A DNA stretch of 64,000 nucleotides, taken from positions 620,001 through 684,000 of the forward strand of contig NW_026515637.1 in assembly GCF_000738915.1 (NCBI RefSeq), given 5' to 3'. Of the stretch, positions 55,374 to 64,000 are shown piece by piece. Below the pieces are notes generated by a model. That model did no database searches and was not told where the DNA came from. It saw only the letters and a list, made by a program, of their open reading frames with translations. Source of the DNA: Nematocida ausubeli (taxonomy: Eukaryota). Both the position numbers and the translations under genes were made by a program. Every line of letters starts with the position of its first letter. The stretch's first letter is position 1.

Positions 55374-57149
55374 ATAATTCGGGTTATAAAAAAATAAAAA
55401 TATATAGTATGGGTAGCCAGTGAATTTATGCCAGAATAGAAAGCATATTTAGGTAGCCATTTAAGGCACCCATAAATAATGGAACTAATTTGTAATTGAG
55501 TATTTCTTGGTGTGATATATTTATGTAGGACTATTTAGGATATCTTCATACGAATTATTTTTGTGCAAATATTCCTTTGTCTGTTAGGTGTAGCCAAAAT
55601 AAGTTAAAATTATAGAGGTTTTTCTACTGGAGTAATATGCCAAGAAACCATTCTGAGTGAGTATTTAGCGATTATACACTAAGATGCACTAAGGAGTGCC
55701 TTTGTGTCCTGCAATGTATGGTTTAAATTGCATGAATATGTGTTATATTTCAGGTCATATTTATGCTATATTTGTGTTATATCTCTTTGTGTGTTATATT
55801 TCTGTTATGCCGGGTTATATTCAAGTCCATACTTTTTTCTTTTTCTTCTTTTCTTTGGGTTATTTGGGCAGCTTAAATTTAGAAGCAAGAGCTGTGTGTA
55901 TTTCACTGTTAAAATAGTTTAAATTTTAGAAATAATAAAATGCTGTTACATTCTAATGTCATAAACGGTGTATGCAATCAAATACTCGAGTGGAAAGTGA
56001 TAGTTTTGGATGCTTTATATTTTTGCGGTGCTAAGATTGCACATTTAGTAGATATTTTCTTCTTTGGTTCAGTTCGTGACATGTTCATTGGCTAGAAGTG
56101 CTTTGTAAATAGTACTTTCAGAAAGACCCGAATAATTACAGAATAAACCAGAGAATCCTGCATAAATATCATGTGCACTATTTATTTACTGCTTTTATTT
56201 CAGAACTTTCAATTTGTTTAGATATAACCCGAATATAACAAGAGCCCGAAATATACTCTCTTTCTATATGCTAGAATAGCTTAAATACGGCTAGAATGCA
56301 GCAAAGTTTACTATGCATGCACATTTTCTGCAAAGATCTACATAATATGTATATTAGATCGGGTTCTAGAGGGTTCTAGCTTAGTATACTAAATTAAGAT
56401 AAGATAAACATTATATCCTTGCATATCTTGCAAGTGCGGTTTTAAGTGTCTTCTAAAACCTGTAAAAGACGCATAAAAGCGCAAATCTGCTAAGGTACGC
56501 ATGTTATCTAGGCTATATCCAAATTACAGCGCATTTTGACCATCTTCCCTCTAGAATGGCTTTTCTTATTTTCTCTTTTTGTATTCTTTTTATCCTCGAA
56601 ATATAAATATCTTCATTTTTTTATAGAAATAATCAAGAATGAACTTGTTTTATTTATTTATAGAGAGAGGCACAGAAAATACGAAAAATGACAAAAGTTA
56701 AAGAACCATCAGCAGATCAACCACAAATAGCAAGAAAAAAGATTATTAGAGCGATTAGGATCGCATGCATATTAAGATAACACACTTACTGTGGTGTAGC
56801 ATTTTCATATGGGGTTATACTAATATAACCCAAATAGTGGTATAAAAAAGATATAGTCATTATTAAGGATGTTTTATTAGAGCATTTTCACAGATATATG
56901 AATGTATAGTAGCTATTCACCATTGAATTTCGGGTATTCTTGATAATTAAAATGTGCCACTTTTTAAAATATTCTCAGATAATTACATAGTGTTTTTCTA
57001 ATTTTCTTATTTCACGAAACTACTTCCCTTTATATTAGCAGTCTAGTAGCCTCAAATTTGAGAAGTAGAAAATTTAACCAAAATGAATTTTAAGTTAATT
57101 CAGGCTATATTCCCATATAATATAGCCTTCTCTAGTATAATACTTCTTT

Positions 57150-57447
57150 ACTGTTGGTTTCCTTGCCTTGAGAGCATAAAACTCTCTTCCCAGGTCAACA
57201 GGATAGATTGGTGTTAGCCACTGCCATCTGAGTATTTAGCTGTAGACCAGCATGCTACAAGAGGCTCAACTTGTTTACACGCCGAGTTTGTAGCAAGAAG
57301 TGACATATTTAGATTAACAGCCAAATCTCATGTGTTTGTGAGTAAAACAATTATTGACAGCTGTTACTAGAGACTGTATATAGTCAATGAAAAATAAATT
57401 ATATCCAAGTTTAGTACTGCCAAGCCTAGTATTTCGAAGGGGAAAAA
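57150..57447 (+). repeat. About 310-bp non-coding element, copy 3
   Basis: Direct block match to 26105-26420. Confidence 0.85.
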
Positions 57448-57743
57448 ATATCCTCTACAATGGAACACGACTAAAAATGAAAATATTCAAAGAAATGCAT
57501 GAAAATAAACAATCTGAAAATAACACTATATAAGTGCATGCACCATATTCTGAGTTATTTCCATTTTAAATTTCAAGCAAAATTAATTAGTGAATATCCT
57601 TCACGTTATAACTCTACTAGCTGTATTATTGGCTAATTATGCAGCTAGAGTACGCTAAATTCAGATTAAATAAACACCTTTTATTATGAAATAACCAGAA
57701 TTTACCATGTCACATTATTGTAAGACTGGCTTTTCCCAGAACT

Positions 57744-57899
57744 TTATACAGTCTGCACTGGTAGTCTTATCATATCCAATACGTGCATTAGTAGAAAGAA
57801 TGTCGATATTACAACTATAACAAGAGCCAACAATAAGAGTATAAGGAGTCTTCTTCGAATTCGGTCAAAACCTGTATCTTCATGCGTGTCTTTCTGCAT
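57744..57899 (-). CDS. Putative 51-aa single-pass membrane microprotein (below the ORF-track cutoff)
   Basis: Translated by hand: MQKDTHEDTGFDRIRRRLLILLLLALVIVVISTFFLLMHVLDMIRLPVQTV*. The ATG is at the same position of a duplicated upstream block as in 58386..58556. Confidence 0.55.
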   Translation of the reverse strand: MQKDTHEDTGFDRIRRRLLILLLLALVIVVISTFFLLMHVLDMIRLPVQTV

Positions 57900-58385
57900 A
57901 TTAAATTAACAAATTATTAAACTTAAAAAGTGCTTAGATTAAGTCTAGATATTTGTTAGTTTTATTACTTGTGAATATGTGAGCACAGTAAAATTATTTA
58001 TTTTCTACGGATATTCTTGCAAGCAGCAAATAACCTAACTAAAATTCAAAAAAAACAAGAAAGAATTAGTCTAAGCACACTACTCAACCATATATAGCCA
58101 TATATAACCCGAATATATTAAATATTTGCGGCTGCACGAAAGAACTAAAATAATTTTTAGACAAAGCACAAAAGGGCACACTATTCAAGAGGTAGCACAA
58201 GAATAAGCTCACAATTCGGGCTATATTTCCATAGAAAATATTTAAAAATGCATGAGAATGAAGATAACCAGAAAATAGCATTCTTTAAGTAATTCTGGTT
58301 AAATTGTGTTAAGTAAATGCCTTTTATTATTTTAATAATGCGGCTTACCATATAACTTTATTCTAAGATTGTCTTTCTTGAAATT

Positions 58386-58556
58386 TCATAAAAGCTGATA
58401 AGGTTCTTGCAAAACATGAAATATATATGTTACTATACGCAATACGTACTGTAATCCACGAAATATATTTGCTATAACCCACATAATAATAAATAGCGTT
58501 ATTATAACAAAAAATGCAATCAATAGGGATTCTTTGCGCTCTGTCTCTTTCAGCAT
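58386..58556 (-). CDS. Putative 56-aa single-pass membrane microprotein
   Basis: MLKETERKESLLIAFFVIITLFIIMWVIANIFRGLQYVLRIVTYIFHVLQEPYQLL*; upstream region 58545-58830 is a diverged duplicate of 57885-58100. Confidence 0.55.
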   Translation of the reverse strand: MLKETERKESLLIAFFVIITLFIIMWVIANIFRGLQYVLRIVTYIFHVLQEPYQLL

Positions 58557-58844
58557 ATTAAAATAACAAATTATTAAACTTAAAAGCAAATTTTAGATCA
58601 ACTGATTGTACTTTAGATTAAGACTAGTGTATTTTGGACTAAATAAGGTTATATTCTAATCATTCACTGCTGTTGTTAGTTGGGAATATGTATTTGTACT
58701 ATGTTTATTTCTCCTCTATAAATATTCTTGCAGAGTGACAAATAAACCCGAATGAAATTCACCAGAAACAAGAAAAATTCTGCAAAAGCAAGAAAGAATC
58801 ATACTAAGTGCATTAGTCAGCCGTATATAACTTGTATGAAATAC

Positions 58845-59215
58845 TTATTTAACAGTAATTAGACGTATATAACAGTAACTAACAGTAATTAACAGTAATT
58901 GGATATAAATAACTGTGTATACGCCTCTTATAACTAGAATATCTCTATATATAGCAGTATATAACACTATTTAACTGTGTATAACATAAATTGGCTATAA
59001 ATAGTCATAATAGCCAAATTTAACAGTAATTAGCTAACAATTAACCACATTTAACAGCAATTAGCTAACAATTAACCGGTTATAACAGCAATTAGCCATA
59101 TTAAACCAGAATTAACCATACAAAGCATTAACCAACCACATTTAACTGTAAATAACCACTAATTAACTATATTTAATCACCAAGCAGCAATAATTAACAC
59201 TATTCAATCACATAC
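58845..59215. repeat. Degenerate intergenic quasi-repeat (TAACAG(T/C)AATTA / TTAACCA units)
   Basis: TAACAGTAA three times in tandem near 58870-58900; TTAACAG.AATTAGCTAACAATTAACC occurs twice. Confidence 0.55.
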
Positions 59216-59322
59216 TTCCCTATACGTCTCTATACTTCTCTATACTCTTCCCAGTCCAAACAATCCGTCTGCTAATTTTTTCTTCTTTTTCTTTTTATTT
59301 TTGCATCCCGGCCAGTTAGAGA

Positions 59323-59574
59323 ATGACAAAGGGAACTACAAGTTTTGGTAAGAGAAATAAGAGAAATCACATACAATGCATCAGATGCGGAAATGAGTCA
59401 TATCACAAGCAAAAGAACAGTTGCTCAAGCTGTGCATACCCAGAAAGAAGATGGAGAAACCCAGGATCACCAAAGGCAAAGGGAAGAAGAGCAGAAGGCA
59501 CCGGAAGAATGAGACATTTAAGAAAATACATGAAGATTAACGAAAGAAAGTCAATTGCAGGAAACTGCCATTAA
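59323..59574 (+). CDS. RPL37: 60S ribosomal protein L37 (eL37)
   Basis: [21 protein letters not shown]...CSSCAYP...GTGRMRHL. Confidence 0.97.
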   Translation: MTKGTTSFGKRNKRNHIQCIRCGNESYHKQKNSCSSCAYPERRWRNPGSPKAKGRRAEGTGRMRHLRKYMKINERKSIAGNCH

Positions 59575-60023
59575 TAAATCATTAATAAAGTATAACTTAT
59601 ATGGATTATTCATTAAGAAGTAAAGACACTTTTATTCTGTTATTTTATGAATTTATGAAGGATATTACAACAGAAATATACGTATGTTAGGTATTGGGAT
59701 ATATGGGTGTAATTTTGGTTAATTATAGTTAATTATGGGATAATATCCTAATTGGGAAATAGTATGCTCAATAAGGAAATAAATAACGATATATTCTAAT
59801 TAGGAAGTAATAACAGTATATACTCAATAAGGAAATAATAACCAAATTAGGCAACAAATAACCGAATAACCCTCCTAATAAGGCAATAAATATCCCAACT
59901 AGGCAATAAAAACAGTATATATTCAATAAATATCCCAAAAGGGAAATAAAAACCCGTTATACCCAATTATCCAATAATTATACAACAAATATCCAACAAA
60001 TATCTTTTTTTGCAATTATTTTC

Positions 60024-61064
60024 ATGCACGAGGCAGTTACTAAGTGCTCATCAAAAATAACAGAAATATTGTATGAAAGCATAGACCAAGTCTTACACGC
60101 TTCCCTCCTGCATGAAAACAGTAATTGGCTAAGATTCATTTCCACCAGTGGAATAACAAGAGAATACATAAAGGTTCAAAAGAAATACGATGCAATCTTA
60201 AGATTATTTGCATACCAGCAAGTAATAGAATCATCAATTAATCATCCCTTCATAAGCAGACTGCCCCTCCTCCCAGGAAAAACAAATTCATTAGAAAATA
60301 CAGTTGATTTTTTCACCTCAAAATCCGAAAATCACAAAAATCAATCAAAACCCAACCAAACCCCAATTGAACAAGTAACAGAACTCTTACTATCAGATAA
60401 TATATCCAGATACTTAGATGATTATATAGGCACACTCACAGAATATTCAGAAATAATGCAAGGGCACCTGTGGGTCCTCAAGAAATTCGCAATCCATAAG
60501 GAAATTATCCTGGAAGTGATAAATAATTTCGTGGAAATCTTAAAGATCAATGAACTTGGGATAATATTCCCGAATTTCAGTAATAAACCAGGAAAAATCC
60601 GTTATAATCCAAATGAACTCCATGAAAAAGTCAAGGAAATAGGGATATTCAAGACATTCCTGCACAGAGAAAGGACATTCTGCTTCTTTGACAAGTGGTA
60701 CACCAAGGACACATTAATTGCAGAATATTTTAAGACACTTCTTAATGAAATTATAACAGAAATAGCCCATATATACTATTATACATTGCCTAGTGACTTT
60801 GACATACTAAAGTACGTTGAAGATGAGATATTAACAGAAGAATGGTCGTATAGACCTGATAAATACGTTAAATATATCTGTAAATTTGAACTATTCCCGT
60901 ATATATTCAGACTAAACGGCCCTAAGGATTATAATATAAGAACAAGCACTGTACCATATGCATACACCTTAAAGGATCTTAATTCCAACCAGATATTAAC
61001 AAGGATATACAGGAATTCCTTCGTATACGAATTCGGGAAGTTCATGGATAGCCATATGGGGTAG
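60024..61064 (+). CDS. Hypothetical protein
   Basis: 346 aa open frame with an ATG after a T-rich leader; no motif recognised. Confidence 0.7.
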   Translation: MHEAVTKCSSKITEILYESIDQVLHASLLHENSNWLRFISTSGITREYIKVQKKYDAILRLFAYQQVIESSINHPFISRLPLLPGKTNSLENTVDFFTSKSENHKNQSKPNQTPIEQVTELLLSDNISRYLDDYIGTLTEYSEIMQGHLWVLKKFAIHKEIILEVINNFVEILKINELGIIFPNFSNKPGKIRYNPNELHEKVKEIGIFKTFLHRERTFCFFDKWYTKDTLIAEYFKTLLNEIITEIAHIYYYTLPSDFDILKYVEDEILTEEWSYRPDKYVKYICKFELFPYIFRLNGPKDYNIRTSTVPYAYTLKDLNSNQILTRIYRNSFVYEFGKFMDSHMG

Positions 61065-61076
61065 CCTATTTATTAT

Positions 61077-61518
61077 TTAGAGAGAATTAAGTCTTGTCAT
61101 TTGTGGATTAAGTTTTGTCATTCTATGAGGATTAAGTTTTGTACAAAGTGGATTAAGTTTTGTACTATATGGATTAAGTTCTGCACCAAGTGGATTAAGT
61201 CTTGTTCCCTGCGTATTAATTTCTGTAATAGGTAGATCTAAGAATAGTCCTATTTATATACTCCCACATACTCCCACATATAACCAATAAATAGCCAGAT
61301 ATAAGCACTAATAAATAGTCAGTTCTTGCTAATTAATAGACGTATATGGACTAAGAGGTAGCCCATTCTTAATAAGACTGTTTTTACTCTGTACACAATT
61401 TAATCCACTTTGTGCAAGACTTATTCCCCAACATGCAGAACTTTTTCCACTTAGTGCAAGACTAAATCCACTTAGTGCAAGACTTATGCCCAAAATGACA
61501 AGACTTAATCCTCTCTAA
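61077..61518. mobile_element. Foldback/MITE-like element (array D): terminal inverted repeats built from GGATTAAGTCTTG units
   Basis: Left end TTAGAGAGAATTAAGTCTTGTCATTT vs reverse complement of right end TTAGAGAGGATTAAGTCTTGTCATTT (25/26). About 6 units per arm around a ~190 bp spacer. Mobility is inference. Confidence 0.45.
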
Positions 61519-61543
61519 CCCCCATGACAACCAAAATAACCCT

Positions 61544-62596
61544 ATGACACCCAAAATACTCTCAAACAAAACACACCAACCAATACTCCCCCCTTATGAT
61601 ACACTAATATCCACTATAAATATACCCCATAAAATAAATAAATTTATGAAAGAACAATACGCAGAACCAAATGACACAAAAAAGACAAGAATAGAAAACA
61701 GAAGAGTCTCAAAGGAAGCACTAGAATTAAAGACAATCCAACAACATAAACAACAAAATGGAATAGATAAATCAATCGAACTAAAAGACATCTTAGTCCT
61801 ATGCACAGCAGAGAAAATAAACATCATAAAATTATTTGGCTTCTTAAAGGAAAGATCAGCCTACACAGATATCCACATATACTTCAGAGAGTGCATACAT
61901 ATACTCCTTAATCAGCCCACAGGAAAAGGTGATATATTCATATTCAGATACGGCGTAGTAGTATTCTGGGGAATACAAGAAGAAGCCAGAGATAAACTAC
62001 TAGCACACCAGCAATTCTTTGAAGAAATGAGTTACAACAAGGAATTAGTGGAAAGAGAAGACTTCAGATATGGAATAGTATTAGAAGGCGCATCAATCAT
62101 TAATGATGTAATATATCTGGATAATGAGTCAGTATATAATAAGATGATTATTTCTAATGCCCTAGCACAAAGCACTAAATTGGACGTATTTGAGAGACAT
62201 GCTGAAAGAACAATAGAAAGCATAAGGGGTCTACCTGATGAGATAGTAGCAAAGGGGTTTACAACCAGAAAGAGAGAAGAAGTGATAAAATTAATTGGTG
62301 TCTTGCATAAATTGAAATTTAATTTGAATTTATCAACGAACATATTGGATACACCTGAGATATTATGGTACTATCCTAATTATACTTCGTTATATGAGAG
62401 TTTTAAATTATATTTGGAATTGAAGAGTAGAACTGAAATAGTTAATCAGAAGTGTGATGTAATACACGAGATACTTACATTATTATCTACACACATAAAT
62501 ACGGTTAGTGGGGAAAGATTGGAGAAAATAATAATTATTTTGATTACGTTAGAGATTGGGATAGGATTAGTGTCAATGTATTTTAACTGGAAGTGA
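61544..62596 (+). CDS. RMD1: RMD1/Sif2 family protein (DUF155)
   Basis: CTAE, DIFIFRYGVVVFWG, ISNALAQSTKLDVFE, NILDTPEILW, RLEKIIIILITLEI. Confidence 0.88.
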   Translation: MTPKILSNKTHQPILPPYDTLISTINIPHKINKFMKEQYAEPNDTKKTRIENRRVSKEALELKTIQQHKQQNGIDKSIELKDILVLCTAEKINIIKLFGFLKERSAYTDIHIYFRECIHILLNQPTGKGDIFIFRYGVVVFWGIQEEARDKLLAHQQFFEEMSYNKELVEREDFRYGIVLEGASIINDVIYLDNESVYNKMIISNALAQSTKLDVFERHAERTIESIRGLPDEIVAKGFTTRKREEVIKLIGVLHKLKFNLNLSTNILDTPEILWYYPNYTSLYESFKLYLELKSRTEIVNQKCDVIHEILTLLSTHINTVSGERLEKIIIILITLEIGIGLVSMYFNWK

Positions 62597-62735
62597 TAGT
62601 TTATTAAATTGGATATTATTTTTTATCATGGATTTAACGGGATTTTGATTTTTATTAGGTTTTTATTGTGTATTAGTGAGTATTAATGTCTTTTTATTAT
62701 TTATTGGCTATTTACAGTTTGGTTTTGGACGTATA

Positions 62736-63164
62736 GTGGATTAAGTCTTGTACTGAGTGGAAAAAGTCTTGGTAAAGTGGAATATATTGTGTATTGTTGG
62801 GCATAAGTCTTGACAGTGTGGAATAAGTCTTGTCAGTTTCGGGATAGGTAGATTAAGTTCTGTCATAGTGGAATAAGTCTTGACAAAATGGAATAAGTTC
62901 TGTCAGTGTGGCATAAGTCTTGACAGTGTGGAATAAGTCTTGACATTGTGGCATAAGTCTTGTTAGTTTCGGGAAGAAGTGTATTAAGTCTTGTCCAACT
63001 AGCCATAAGTCTTGCACTCCGCGGAAATAGTCTTGTCACTTACGTAATAAGTTATGCACTTCACGTAATAAGTCTTGTACCAAGTGGAAATAGTCTTGTC
63101 CTCTGCGTAATAACTCCTGTCACTTACGTAATAGGTTCTGTTACAAAAAAATAATAAGTCTTGT
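62736..63164 (+). repeat. Array E of the GTGGAATAAGTCTTG unit (forward only)
   Basis: About 18 copies with ~20 bp period; later copies drift to ACGTAATAAG/GGAAATAGTCTTG. Confidence 0.9.
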
Positions 63165-63459
63165 TCATGGCATAGTAAAATAATTCAAAACAATGCAAAA
63201 TAATCAAAATACCCATTTAAAACACCCGATATACCCTACTAGTCATAATACAACACAATATAACCCAATAATAACCGTTTAAAACACGAAACAAACACCT
63301 TTAAAACCAAATATCACAAAATAACACGTTAAAACAAGAAACAAACATAATATAACGTGTTACAAACACGAAATAACCCATGCAACAATCATAAAATACA
63401 CAAAATTCCCATACATTTCACCAAAATTAACTATATAACCGTTTTTATCCCAAATTCCC

Positions 63460-64000
63460 ATGAAGAAATACATATTTATACTAACTTTAGTCACACAAAA
63501 TATACTAGCATACAGTATATTCAGTAAACATAACGACAAAGGCTCTTTCAAAAACAAAGAAGAATATAAGTCAAAGTCAGAAGGGAAATACCACAGCAAA
63601 GGAGCATCAAAAGGAATGGACCCTTATAAAAGTAATAACCCTTATAAAAATAATAACCCTTATAAAAATGACGGTTATAAAAATCCAAATAAGGAAATGA
63701 ATAATCCTTATAAAAATAATAACCCTTATAAAAATGACAGTTATAAAAATGACGGTTATAAAAATCCAAATAAGGAAATTAACAACAATTACAAAAATGA
63801 CAGTTATAAAAATAACCAAGGTTATCCACCCACTAAAATGAACAATCCAAGCCATAACCCAATGAAACCAGATATAAACATGACTAACCCATCATTCCAC
63901 AACACAGGCCCAGGCGTATACACAGGATACAGCACACTAAGAACAACAGAAATGCAAGATGGCCTAGCAGCAGCAAATGTAATAGGCAATTACTACAGCA
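63460..64000 (+). CDS. Secreted Tyr-Lys-Asn repeat protein, 3'-partial
   Basis: Translated by hand: MKKYIFILTLVTQNILAYS...DPYKSNNPYKNNNPYKNDGYKNPNKE..., open to the window end; CCC directly before the ATG. Confidence 0.8.
   Translation, partial: MKKYIFILTLVTQNILAYSIFSKHNDKGSFKNKEEYKSKSEGKYHSKGASKGMDPYKSNNPYKNNNPYKNDGYKNPNKEMNNPYKNNNPYKNDSYKNDGYKNPNKEINNNYKNDSYKNNQGYPPTKMNNPSHNPMKPDINMTNPSFHNTGPGVYTGYSTLRTTEMQDGLAAANVIGNYYS

Noticed and set aside
63360..63855. Minus-strand ORFs with FITVIFIRVI repeats
   Set aside because: Antisense of the + strand YKN-repeat gene, which has an ATG, a CCC motif and a signal peptide.

Overview
AT-rich, gene-dense, apparently intronless eukaryotic DNA. Compact and divergent housekeeping genes, CCC motifs just before several start codons and a large secreted paralogue family point to a microsporidian, most consistent with Nematocida (inference). 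Core genes: V-ATPase proteolipid, Aha1-like, ubiquitin-RPL40, degenerate ER Hsp70 (Lhs1/Grp170-like), DEAH helicase, RPL17, APC11, farnesyltransferase beta, proteasome beta6, Dopey, lysyl-tRNA synthetase, RPL37 and RMD1/DUF155. Accessory content: four intact and one pseudogenised member of a 900-1150 aa signal-peptide family (NemLGF1-like), three secreted coiled-coil paralogues, three tandem multi-TM paralogues, two mucin-like secreted proteins and a Tyr-Lys-Asn repeat protein at the right edge. The most unusual signals are non-coding or unannotated: (1) five intergenic arrays of a ~15-20 bp unit GTGGA(T/A)TAAGTCTTG in inverted, foldback-like arrangements that bracket genes; (2) a GT-to-AC strand-skew flip inside the same intergenic regions; (3) a two-gene cassette duplicated in inverted orientation whose proteins are highly diverged but which keeps a 168-bp element at 160/168 identity; (4) a ~310-bp element in three copies; (5) a tandem pair of 51 and 56 aa single-TM microproteins; (6) an over-represented 9-mer, TAACCCGAA. 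No CRISPR, rRNA, tRNA or transposase was recognised.
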